IMG/VR virus record: IMGVR_UViG_3300029725_000150
Span: 2,142 to 66,141 of that record
Strand: one strand, 5' to 3'
Source: a virus
Length of the DNA: 64,000 bases
Shown: piece after piece, positions 29,401-37,757 of the stretch
Numbering within the stretch: position 1 is the stretch's first letter
Layout: the number at the start of each line of letters is the position of its first letter
The notes under the pieces: model-generated
What the model was told of the DNA's origin: nothing
What the model saw: the letters and a program-made list of their open reading frames with translations, nothing else
The model's database searches: none
Program-made: the position numbers and the translations under genes

Positions 29401-29615
29401 CCGGGGATCCCTCCAGTCTTACGCTTGGAGGACTTGTAAACATATCTGAGGATATTCAGGAGGCGGTCATTCTGGAGATATATACAGAGGATGAGATTAA
29501 TTATGCGAGGTTAAATAAGCCTTGTAAAACTAGCGGTAGCCATACATTGAGTTTTAAATACCCGATACTAAAAAATATAGATGTAACTCTAACTAATAAA
29601 GTTGTGATAATTTAA
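26442..29615 (+). CDS. tail fibre/tailspike protein 1 with C-terminal right-handed beta-helix (pectate-lyase-like) domain
   Basis: 1057 aa. Repetitive N...I.DN..E.C beta-helix-like repeats from about aa 390. The N-terminal part shares a TEVMSQKA-type motif with tail fibre 2. GC content drops sharply at about 27600. Confidence 0.7.
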   Translation: MVYIFKDRLIRVEWTIYKGISPVKEDFSRSNVKVFLLGNREKYLLQARADKGTLYVDIPSGLEEGTYSIEAIWVKNMDHVFDTRSVCRSKKEDLFSITEFEDEATNIGEGVVVLKVKTSTATYGYDGLSSYELAVLRGDWNGTEGEWLKHERYVSVLNSRGDSEVDTMSQKAITDELEAQDNAIEDIREDTEKLDNRVEKAEDKVNNMGDVVDEIKSHAPVSAHPAGFKPDIDLTPEITVDRAWRDHEGNVIRDTYITRRGLRNEIIDITNQQVTDLKPGSVDPDDLSEATKQLIGNKSITNLPDEEDITVTDNQTLKLKDKEYAPKDYSGMGRVYLRKHYVNGVNTLTQHMMRKPNTIYIIQYDYCLAGQTIEVPENCVLRFEGGSLRNGTLVGHDSYIDSSLSTIFHSLEINGSFLNRESNVSWFTNEELTTKIFKSLSNISRNVNLNKCTLWCSRIDIKDIQKIHNGRLQSKNINENQSVNILYIHDTNSDVLIENVIFDGMAHTYAMKEHNPENLLRIENCFNVTVKQCEFLNYSQCQSIKEPVEEWGLYYQSAVNINNNHNVVFDSNIAHDNHFEQFIFYDPTLKYSLRVTNCITYGNYQAYGTFINYGFKSTLYDGNYLTQGVASFIATQSDNCIYTNNYFEDCSYFAISTEWTGGCYMNKSQLIKGNIAKNCRYGAFNVGVYDIIISDNIIESCGGRYGSIYCKGKTYGNHPYAIQSAKSLPYDTKEFSPAYNIVISDNIILNDLGNDAICIKSHSHFLDVTTIDKFGVINNILISNNQIESKSRPFRILDSDIEGLKIINNTFTIKGKDVSIYIKDDATSLTSLKNSIKGLTIKGNNFKTDKIFGNYIVYSLIRGGVSDLVFEDNNIEAITTAESVINFGGNAGTVTVKSVKNNNFPYCVPILKQAGYLYKGNSVPITQNEYLLNGSVTFFPVNCMEGDVLITNSKQDCSRFLVVERGTTNLSKIPVSTTSNSPVIVVSGDPSSLTLGGLVNISEDIQEAVILEIYTEDEINYARLNKPCKTSGSHTLSFKYPILKNIDVTLTNKVVII

Positions 29616-29622
29616 AGTAATA

Positions 29623-29949
29623 ATGAATATGACACTTGCTGATATAAAAGTTAAGTTTAATGTAGAAGATACAGTCTTTGAGATTACGCAAGATATAGAT
29701 TTGGAGGGTTCCGAATTGAATATGAGATCAGGATGTAGTCTATCTTTTAAAGGAGGTTCTATAATAAATGGGATATTGACTCTTAATAAAACTAAGATAC
29801 TACCAAATGGTTGTATAATATCGGATTATATCACAGCTGAAATTCAGGGTACATACGCAAAAGGTCAATGCCTCTATGACACAACATTGAATAAACCGAA
29901 ATGGTGGAATGGCACGAACTGGATCGATGCCACTGGAGCTACCGTATAA
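29623..29949 (+). CDS. orphan beta-helix N-terminal-like fragment (108 aa)
   Basis: SFKGGSIINGILTL resembles RFEGGSLRNGTLVG at the domain junction of tail fibre 1. AT-rich. Confidence 0.4.
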   Translation: MNMTLADIKVKFNVEDTVFEITQDIDLEGSELNMRSGCSLSFKGGSIINGILTLNKTKILPNGCIISDYITAEIQGTYAKGQCLYDTTLNKPKWWNGTNWIDATGATV

Positions 29950-29968
29950 CCATTAAAACATTATAATC

Positions 29969-30274
29969 ATGAGACAATTCATATACACGATCATCAGAAA
30001 GATATTCAAGCTTGTATTCTCTGTTTACAAGCCGAAGGTAAGGACATTGTACAAAGGCCGTAAGAACATCGATCTTACGGAGAACGGCGATCAGCGTATA
30101 AGGGTAGATAAGCCTTTCTATCTGGCCGGGAATACCTATAAATTAGATCAGTTGGATAATAAGAGCGTATTCAAGCTAGCCCTTTACAAGAAGGAAGGCG
30201 AGGATTGGTCAAAGGCTAACGACCTTGATTTGATCTTGAGACTTAACGCCGGCTACAACATATTTTACGTATAA
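29969..30274 (+). CDS. hypothetical protein (101 aa)
   Basis: ORF track; lies between the two tail-fibre genes. Confidence 0.4.
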   Translation: MRQFIYTIIRKIFKLVFSVYKPKVRTLYKGRKNIDLTENGDQRIRVDKPFYLAGNTYKLDQLDNKSVFKLALYKKEGEDWSKANDLDLILRLNAGYNIFYV

Positions 30275-30295
30275 CGAACTAAAGCACGATACATC

Positions 30296-33200
30296 ATGGA
30301 AGAGCGAAAAGATATTTGCGAGGGTTACGAGAGGGATAGCGTACAGCAGCTAGACAAGCTGGCCAAGGATAAGAACGAGCGTTTTCCGATCTATCCGTTG
30401 ACATACATTCAGGCCGTATATGACGCTAGGACGAAAGAGAGGCTTGATTCCATATTGTGGAAATGCAACAACGTGTATTTGCCTTGGATGGGATCGGCGG
30501 GGGATACCCGTATACAATTGCCTTTCTGGATGAGAAGGAAGGGTATCATAATCACTTACAAGAACCTTGAGGATGAGACGATAACGGAGAAGCTCACCTA
30601 TGATCTTTGTATCGCCGATGATTTCTTCCGTCTTGACTCCTCTTGGACTAGGATAACGGACGCCCTTCCGGTCGGGGGTAACATAACCATAGGCTCTAAC
30701 GGAAATTGGTTTCAAGATGGCGTTGATACCGGCTTCAAGGCACAGGGACCTAAAGGGGACAACGGGCTTACCCCCATGCTTCGCACGGTTAATAACAAGC
30801 TTCAATACTCGTATGATGGAGAGGTATGGAATGAGATCTCTGAGTATATCGCCGCTTGGTTCCGCTTTCAAGACAATAAGATCCAGATATCACGGGATCA
30901 GAAAACATGGTCTGACCTGTCAAAGCCGTTCACTCAAGACCTGTATATAAAGGGGTATGTCGCTACCTCGTCAGCCCTGCCCTCTACGGGCGTGAAACAG
31001 GGTGATATCTACATGGTAGGCCCTACGTACGCGGCTGAGGACACGGAACATAAGAATCCTATATACCGGATGTACGTGTATAACGATTCAGGATGGAGGG
31101 ATAACGGGGTTTTCCAAAGCATAGCCGCCGGTGTGGTTCAGACGATCGGGAATAGCGAGACGGAGGTCATGAGCCAAAAGGCTGTTTCATCCATCGTCGG
31201 CCTAGACACGTACCCAGTCTTCTCCGATACCAAGCCCTACGTAAAAGGCGAGATCGTTAATTACGGCGGTCTCTTGTACGAGTTCACGGCTGATCATGAG
31301 GCGGGGGCGTGGATTGGCACGGACGCAAGGGAGACTAGCTTGAGGGGGGAGGTTAGAAATATTGATAATTCAATCATGGAGTACAATGTTTCAATGCATA
31401 ATGGCTGGTCAAAGTACACTCTTGTGGAAGCTATAGCTCTTGTTCCTAATAGGTTAAGAAGATTAGGGCAAAAAGTGAGTTTTATAAATTCTTTAACAGG
31501 ATTAGCCGAAACTTGGATGTATATAGGGACAGATTCCAACGAATGGGGGATTACAAATTTTGTTGCATCTGACGCTGGATTCTATGGTCAAATATTTGAT
31601 ACTATAGAATCTCCCTATAATATCGACAATATAAAATCTACAGGTTTTTATATTAAAAAAAATGGAAATCCTTATATACTAATTGTTAAAGCAGAAAAAG
31701 GTGCTGAGATATATCAAGTTAGATTTTATGTCCCTGATTTTACGGACAAAGTTGTCTTGGGAAAAAGAAAATATTCTACTTCTACTAATTCATGGACCTC
31801 TTGGGTAAATCAAGAAATTATTACACAAGATTTACTTGATGCACTATCATCAACAATTTATTCATTTGATGGTTTTATTGAAACTAATGATTCAGATGCA
31901 GACAATTTTATAGATAAAGTTACTACTACAGGAGTTTATAAGAGAGCAAAGAATGGGTATCCTATTATTTACTTTGTTAAAACTGTAAATGGAATTGTTT
32001 ACCAGACTCAGTTATACTATAATGATAGTTTAACATTAGTATTTAAGGTAAGGCGACTTAATAGTGGTGTGTGGACTGAATGGAGTAATCAAACATTTGT
32101 TTTTGATATAGGCACTTTTAAGTTTAGTGAACTTGATAACTTAAATAGTTATGGAACTTATATATCAAGTGAAACTTATAATAATGGCATATTATATGTT
32201 ATGAAATCCTCTCCATATCTCCTTGGTTATGATATGACCCAGATACTCTTCTTAAATGATGTGAATAGTGGGAGATTAAAGAAAGGAGTAAGACATCATG
32301 AAACTGGCGCTAATTGGATGGACTGGGGATGGGAGGAAGTAGATGATACTACTTTACAGAAGCAGATTGCTAAGACTGGAATATCATTTAATCTTACCAA
32401 TTATAATCAATATCAAGGTTATATCTCTCAAAGAGATTTGACTGTAAATGCTAATGAAGGTTATAGGACTATATCTATACCATTAACAGATATACCAGAA
32501 GGTCAAAAGTACCTTACTATCCCTTGCCAAGGAGGTGCAATTCTTCTTGTTGGATATTGGAAAGGTGATTATAATGATTCCTCTAATTATCTTGGAAGAG
32601 ATAGTATAACAGCTTTCTCACAAGCAGGGTCGCAAATGTATGAAAATGTCCCATTACATAACCTTATACCTGATGGTGCAACGCACATGACATTATGCTG
32701 GAATATAGTTGGTTATCCAAAACTTACTATATATAATCCTGATTTAAATCCTTCTTCTGGAGGTGGTAATGTAAGAGGTATTATACTCCCTTCTACTTAT
32801 CTTGGACAGAGAGAGGTTGTTTATGGTGGAATGAATAATGCCTATCTATACAAGAGAGGTGCATTGCTAAATATAGCTGGGAACCATGATGATTTAATTA
32901 TTGTAGCAGGTCAAAGCAATGCTGATGGTAGAGCTGATAAATCTGAGGCTCCACAATGGTTGATTGACATGAACTATAAGATAGAGAACTATATGATGTG
33001 GAATCCTATAGCAGAGCAATTCCAACCTTGGGAGTTAGGTGTCAATACAGGAAGTGAGGATAATGCAAGCAACCAATTTGGATTTGATATTTATTTCGCA
33101 AAAAAATATTTGGAGGCAAATCCAGCAAAGAAACTTTATGTAGTAAAGCAAAGTATTGGTGGATCTCCTATTTCCCCTTTAAGAGCAAGTGGAGAAACCA

Positions 33201-33739
33201 GAGCCTATTGTTGGACCCCTATGCCAGAACTTATCACAGATGGTGGCACAAGTATGTGTAACCTACTTATTGAGAAGATTAGAAAGGCTTATCTGTATGC
33301 TTCAAGTAATAATATAAACTTGGCTATTCAGGCCCTATTATGGCATCAAGGTGAAGCTGACATGACTGAAATTAGAGCATCTTACTTTGAGGATAATTTG
33401 AAAGGATTGCTTTCTTGGATGAGAGGTATTTGGGCAGCTCCTGCATTACCAATCATAAATGGTCAGATTTCATCATATTATGATACAGAATTTCAACCAA
33501 CTTATAGCGCAAACAAAACTTTTGCAACCTTGAATGGCATTGACCCTTACTTCAAGACTGTAAATATGGAAGGTCAGGCTATGCAACCTGATAATGTTCA
33601 CTTCGCTGCTGGAGGTTATGAGCATATGGGTTATGGAATGTGGAATTATTACTTGGAATTTAATCCTATATATAAACCAAATTCCTATTCGATGATTTTA
33701 AGTAATGTAGTCTATAAAGATTCTATTCCTACAGATTAA
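30296..33739 (+). CDS. tail fibre protein 2 with C-terminal SGNH/SASA-type carbohydrate esterase domain
   Basis: 1147 aa. IIVAGQSNADGRAD matches the GQSN block of the sialate-O-acetylesterase/SGNH family. Shares the N-terminal MSQKA motif with tail fibre 1. GC content drops at about 31340. Confidence 0.7.
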   Translation: MEERKDICEGYERDSVQQLDKLAKDKNERFPIYPLTYIQAVYDARTKERLDSILWKCNNVYLPWMGSAGDTRIQLPFWMRRKGIIITYKNLEDETITEKLTYDLCIADDFFRLDSSWTRITDALPVGGNITIGSNGNWFQDGVDTGFKAQGPKGDNGLTPMLRTVNNKLQYSYDGEVWNEISEYIAAWFRFQDNKIQISRDQKTWSDLSKPFTQDLYIKGYVATSSALPSTGVKQGDIYMVGPTYAAEDTEHKNPIYRMYVYNDSGWRDNGVFQSIAAGVVQTIGNSETEVMSQKAVSSIVGLDTYPVFSDTKPYVKGEIVNYGGLLYEFTADHEAGAWIGTDARETSLRGEVRNIDNSIMEYNVSMHNGWSKYTLVEAIALVPNRLRRLGQKVSFINSLTGLAETWMYIGTDSNEWGITNFVASDAGFYGQIFDTIESPYNIDNIKSTGFYIKKNGNPYILIVKAEKGAEIYQVRFYVPDFTDKVVLGKRKYSTSTNSWTSWVNQEIITQDLLDALSSTIYSFDGFIETNDSDADNFIDKVTTTGVYKRAKNGYPIIYFVKTVNGIVYQTQLYYNDSLTLVFKVRRLNSGVWTEWSNQTFVFDIGTFKFSELDNLNSYGTYISSETYNNGILYVMKSSPYLLGYDMTQILFLNDVNSGRLKKGVRHHETGANWMDWGWEEVDDTTLQKQIAKTGISFNLTNYNQYQGYISQRDLTVNANEGYRTISIPLTDIPEGQKYLTIPCQGGAILLVGYWKGDYNDSSNYLGRDSITAFSQAGSQMYENVPLHNLIPDGATHMTLCWNIVGYPKLTIYNPDLNPSSGGGNVRGIILPSTYLGQREVVYGGMNNAYLYKRGALLNIAGNHDDLIIVAGQSNADGRADKSEAPQWLIDMNYKIENYMMWNPIAEQFQPWELGVNTGSEDNASNQFGFDIYFAKKYLEANPAKKLYVVKQSIGGSPISPLRASGETRAYCWTPMPELITDGGTSMCNLLIEKIRKAYLYASSNNINLAIQALLWHQGEADMTEIRASYFEDNLKGLLSWMRGIWAAPALPIINGQISSYYDTEFQPTYSANKTFATLNGIDPYFKTVNMEGQAMQPDNVHFAAGGYEHMGYGMWNYYLEFNPIYKPNSYSMILSNVVYKDSIPTD

Positions 33740-33767
33740 TGGATTTATGTAATAATAGGCAAACCTT

Positions 33768-34259
33768 ATGTACCGCTACCTCTCCTACATATCAGACCTC
33801 GCCAACTGGTTAAAGTCCATTGCCATAGCCGCCGTAGTCACGGCGATGGACTTCGTGTCACCGATCGAGAACTTCTTGGTGGTGATCCTGTCGCTGGCCT
33901 TCATCGATACGTTTTGGGGGCTGGCTGCGGATCACGGAGATTTCCGGAAGAGCAAGTTTATCCGTAGCTGGGTGTACATGCTAGTCTATTTCCTGATAAT
34001 TATCATTTCGTTTTGGATAGGCGTGATGATGGATATATCGGAGGATAACGCCAAGGCTTTCGTGTCTTGGATCACGTGGGCGATGATATGGTTTTACGGG
34101 ACCAATGTCTTGAAGAACATGGGCAAGGTATTCCCGGATAACAAGGTGATAGCCTTCTTGTATTGGGTTGCCGCCGTAAAATTCATTAGTAAGGTCAATT
34201 TCTTGGATGAGTATAACAAGACAAAGAATAAAAAAGGCTCCCCAGATCCAAAAGGATAG
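33768..34259 (+). CDS. holin-like multi-TM membrane protein
   Basis: 163 aa with four or five hydrophobic helices, directly upstream of the endolysin. Confidence 0.45.
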   Translation: MYRYLSYISDLANWLKSIAIAAVVTAMDFVSPIENFLVVILSLAFIDTFWGLAADHGDFRKSKFIRSWVYMLVYFLIIIISFWIGVMMDISEDNAKAFVSWITWAMIWFYGTNVLKNMGKVFPDNKVIAFLYWVAAVKFISKVNFLDEYNKTKNKKGSPDPKG

Positions 34260-34347
34260 GGGAGCCGGATAAATTTTAGCTTCCTGTCTTTCGCAAGGGA
34301 GGATAGCAAGGTTAACAAAGCGCATAAAAGTATAAAAAATAATTGAT

Positions 34348-34809
34348 ATGAGAACGATTAACAGGAAAATCAACTTGATCGTGATCCATTGTTCGGCCAC
34401 TAGGGTAGATAAGGATTATACCCCTGAGCAATTAGAGAGAGACCACAAGGCGAGAGGATTCAACTCCGCAGGTTATAACTATTATATCCGGAAGAGCGGG
34501 GAGATAGTATCTATGCGTCCATTGGAATTGATTCCGGCTCATGTGACCGGATATAACAAGAACAGTATAGGAATATGCTATGAGGGTGGTCTTGATCCGG
34601 ACGGGAATCCGGATGATACACGTACGGAGGCACAGAGACAGTCGATTATAAGGCTGTTGTTGGATTTGGTCGTACAGTTCCCGGATAGTAGGATATGCGG
34701 TCATCGTGACCTATCCCCGGATCTTAACGGTAACGGTAAGATTGAACCGGACGAGTGGATGAAGATGTGTCCATGTTTTAATGCCGAGGAGGAGTATCGC
34801 AATATATGA
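34348..34809 (+). CDS. N-acetylmuramoyl-L-alanine amidase (amidase_2/PGRP-type) endolysin
   Basis: LIVIHCSAT, GYNYYI, SIGICYEGG and GHRDLSP...CPCF zinc-ligand pattern. Confidence 0.85.
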   Translation: MRTINRKINLIVIHCSATRVDKDYTPEQLERDHKARGFNSAGYNYYIRKSGEIVSMRPLELIPAHVTGYNKNSIGICYEGGLDPDGNPDDTRTEAQRQSIIRLLLDLVVQFPDSRICGHRDLSPDLNGNGKIEPDEWMKMCPCFNAEEEYRNI

Positions 34810-35273
34810 AACCTTGGCAAGTAATATTAATACTAGTGTGCTTGGTAGCCAGTTTCACGGCTGGCTACCATATCCGGGGGGATGTGGCTAGTGATTCGAT
34901 ATCCAAGACCGACACGTCCGCCAAGGTGGATACGATACATGACAGCATCCCGTACCCGGTCTATGAGACACTGGTACAAACAATACCTGAGCCGTTCCCT
35001 GTTTATATCACGTTGGACGGTGACACGGTAAAGGAACCTGTATATGTTCCGGTACCCATAACTCAAAAGGAGTACAAGACGGATGATTACCGGCTGTCAA
35101 TATCCGGCTATAAGCCTAATCTTGACTACATCGAGGTTTATAGAAGGACTGAGTATATAACCAAGACGATCTCCCCCCGTAGATGGGGAATCGGCGCGAT
35201 AGCCGGTTATGGGATCGGAAAGCATGGACTATCACCTTATGTAGGTATAGGAGGATTCTATAGGATCTGGTGA
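34806..35273 (+). CDS. membrane-anchored lysis-associated protein (spanin-like)
   Basis: N-terminal TM helix, Pro-rich periplasmic part. Start overlaps the endolysin stop. Confidence 0.3.
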   Translation: MKPWQVILILVCLVASFTAGYHIRGDVASDSISKTDTSAKVDTIHDSIPYPVYETLVQTIPEPFPVYITLDGDTVKEPVYVPVPITQKEYKTDDYRLSISGYKPNLDYIEVYRRTEYITKTISPRRWGIGAIAGYGIGKHGLSPYVGIGGFYRIW

Positions 35274-35345
35274 GTAATACCCATAGGGGCGGGTATTGAA
35301 TAAAGCCCCTATTCCTCCAACTCTTCTACCTTCCGGAGGAAAGAC

Positions 35346-35400
35346 ATAACTCCATGTATGTTTTTCGGGGCTTGTACCTATAAAACATACGTGGAGTTAT
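35346..35400 (+). promoter_or_regulatory. 18-bp imperfect inverted repeat (ATAACTCCATGTATGTTT...AAACATACGTGGAGTTAT) ending 1 nt before the ATG at 35402
   Basis: One mismatch; about 19-nt loop. Confidence 0.4.
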
Positions 35401-35401
35401 T

Positions 35402-35722
35402 TTGTTTAACAAAATCTATAAAAAAGTTATGAGTAAGGTAGAGGAATTTTACAGAAGGGTTATTTCTATCGCCTGTGAGGTGTGTGGGGTTGATCCTATA
35501 ATGATGTTCTCATGTAAAAGAGAAAAGTACGTTGACGCACGGAATCTTGTCATAATGAATCTAACGATGAAAGGCTACACGGATACCGTAATATCGGAGC
35601 TTACGGGATTGACGAGACAGGCTGTCAATTACGTAAGGAATACTTTCCCTAGCAAATACAATCGTAGCTGGATGCTCATAACTTATCAGCAACAAATTAG
35701 CAATGAATTAGCAAAGGACTAG
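35402..35722 (+). CDS. DnaA domain IV-like helix-turn-helix DNA-binding protein
   Basis: KREKYVDARNLVIMNLTMKGYTDTVISELTGLTRQAVNYV parallels the DnaA C-terminal R.IAMYL.R..T..SL.EIG...GRDHTTV segment. Confidence 0.5.
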   Translation: MFNKIYKKVMSKVEEFYRRVISIACEVCGVDPIMMFSCKREKYVDARNLVIMNLTMKGYTDTVISELTGLTRQAVNYVRNTFPSKYNRSWMLITYQQQISNELAKD

Positions 35723-35809
35723 CAAATCATTATTTTAGGAGCAAAGCCCTTCTCATGATTTTTGTCGTGTCCGGTAATGGTGCCGGATTAACGACAAAAA
35801 TTAAAGATA

Positions 35810-36784
35810 ATGGATAGAAATTATTTTATCGGTACTCCCGAAGGAGGTAATTCCGGTGGAAGTAAGTTTGACATCATGGCCTTTCTCCCGAGCTTGATGG
35901 GTGGCGGTGGAAAATCATTGGACCCCAATTTGGTAGCGGCTTTGATGAACAATAAGGGCAATCAAGACGCTTGGGGCGGTGGTGGTTGCTGGTGGATCTG
36001 GATCATCCTCCTGTTCTTCGTATGGGGAGGCTGGGGTGGCAACGGCTTCGGCAACAACGGGGCTAACGGATTACCGGCTCAATTGAACAATGACGCTGGT
36101 CGTGAATTGTTGATGAACGCTATCCAAGGAAACGGAACGGCTATCAGCCAATTGTCATCTTCCTTGAATTGCTCAACCCAACAATTACAAAACGCTATCT
36201 GCCAGATCCAAGGACAGATCCAGAGCGTGGGTAACCAAGTAGGCATGAGTTCCCAACAAATCATTAACGCCGTCCAAAGTGGAAACAATCAATTATTGAG
36301 CCAGATCGCCGAGTGCTGCTGCACGGTTAACAACAACATCACTAAGATGGGCTACGAGAACCAATTGGCTAGCTGCAACCAGACAAACACGCTGGTGAAT
36401 ACGATGAACAACAACACGTTGACTCTCCGTGACTCAGGTCTGCAGAACACCCGTGATATCATCAACGAGGTTCGTGATTTCAAGAACTTGTATCAACAAG
36501 ACAAGATGGATCGCTTGACGGCGGAGAACCTAGCCTTGAAAGGACAGATCTCCCAAAGCAACCAGAACGCCTATTTCGCCGCTACTCTACAGGCGCAGAC
36601 CGCCCCTCTAGGTAACGCCTTGGGTGATTTGAGCTCAAGATTGGCCAAGATCGAGTGTAACCAGCCGGAGGTGGCAAAGGTTCCTTACTCCCCCGTGGTA
36701 GGCATACCCACTTGCGTGGCCGCCCAGTACGGATTAGGCCTAGGTCTCGGTAACTGGGGAAACTTCGGCAACGGATGGGGATAA
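35810..36784 (+). CDS. Gly/Asn/Gln-rich protein with glycine-zipper TM segment (324 aa)
   Basis: GGGGCWWIWIILLFFVWGGWGGNGFG TM segment; long Q/N-rich low-complexity body; C-terminal GLGLGLGNWGNFGNGWG. Confidence 0.55.
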   Translation: MDRNYFIGTPEGGNSGGSKFDIMAFLPSLMGGGGKSLDPNLVAALMNNKGNQDAWGGGGCWWIWIILLFFVWGGWGGNGFGNNGANGLPAQLNNDAGRELLMNAIQGNGTAISQLSSSLNCSTQQLQNAICQIQGQIQSVGNQVGMSSQQIINAVQSGNNQLLSQIAECCCTVNNNITKMGYENQLASCNQTNTLVNTMNNNTLTLRDSGLQNTRDIINEVRDFKNLYQQDKMDRLTAENLALKGQISQSNQNAYFAATLQAQTAPLGNALGDLSSRLAKIECNQPEVAKVPYSPVVGIPTCVAAQYGLGLGLGNWGNFGNGWG

Positions 36785-36812
36785 TGAGTTAATAACCTAA
36801 AAATAAAGAGTT

Positions 36813-37157
36813 ATGGCATTCATTAGTCCTTTCATAATGGCGAACAAGAACGGTATCCCACGTTTGGAGAGCACGGGCGTTACGGTCGGGACGACCAACG
36901 TTCGTTTCTCCTTCCGCAATCACCCGTTCCTGTCAGCCCCGTTTAGCGGGTTGATCTTGTTCCGTCTGGCCCAGCCTATCCCGGCTGGTACTACCGGGAC
37001 GTTGCCGGTAGTGTTTGACACGAACGGCTCCACGCAGGCGCTAACGACCATTAACGGCGCAGATGTCACGGCATCCGATATAACCGGCACCGGAATCTAC
37101 TTGTGTTACTATGAGTCGGGCAATAATACGCTCCAGATAATGACGGGAGTGGTGTGA
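36813..37157 (+). CDS. hypothetical protein (114 aa)
   Basis: ORF track; Thr/Gly-rich. Confidence 0.4.
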   Translation: MAFISPFIMANKNGIPRLESTGVTVGTTNVRFSFRNHPFLSAPFSGLILFRLAQPIPAGTTGTLPVVFDTNGSTQALTTINGADVTASDITGTGIYLCYYESGNNTLQIMTGVV

Positions 37158-37210
37158 TAGAGTATCAACGAGAGACCGGAGCGATCCGGCTCTCATAAAA
37201 AACAAGAAAT

Positions 37211-37756
37211 ATGTTCAAGAATCAGAGACAAGGGAATCCTTTATATATCCTTCATAAGGGGAATACGCCTTTTTGTGAGGTTGGAAGCATAGTCAGCGTG
37301 TCCCCTCCGAGACCGGAGAATCCAAATTTCAATATGTATGGTCCGCAAGCTAAAATCGTGGTGGACATAAAGGCCAAGGTAGGTGAGGACAACGTCAGCT
37401 TCTCTAACGTCTTGTCCGACGTTACCATTACGGATTACCCCACTACAAATGGGGAGAAACTGGTTGTGTCATGCGATCTAGGTGCCCTGAATACGGAGAT
37501 CAACGCCATGATGCAGCAAAGCCGACAGGCACTTGACAGCATCGATTACCATAAATCCGTGATTGAGGGGTGCGAGAAGATGCTGGTAATACTGAACCCT
37601 GAGTTTGCCCGGGAGAAGGAGAGGGAGAGTGAGATCGCTAACATGAGAAACGAGATGTCCGATCTGAAGGAGGCTAACGCAAGGTTGGTTGCCATGATGG
37701 AGCAACTTGTCGGTTCCGTGAACGGTAATAATAACAATAATAAAAAAACAGAGTGA
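37211..37756 (+). CDS. hypothetical protein with C-terminal coiled coil and poly-Asn tail
   Basis: ORF track; ends NGNNNNNKKTE. Confidence 0.45.
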   Translation: MFKNQRQGNPLYILHKGNTPFCEVGSIVSVSPPRPENPNFNMYGPQAKIVVDIKAKVGEDNVSFSNVLSDVTITDYPTTNGEKLVVSCDLGALNTEINAMMQQSRQALDSIDYHKSVIEGCEKMLVILNPEFAREKERESEIANMRNEMSDLKEANARLVAMMEQLVGSVNGNNNNNKKTE

Positions 37757-37757
37757 T

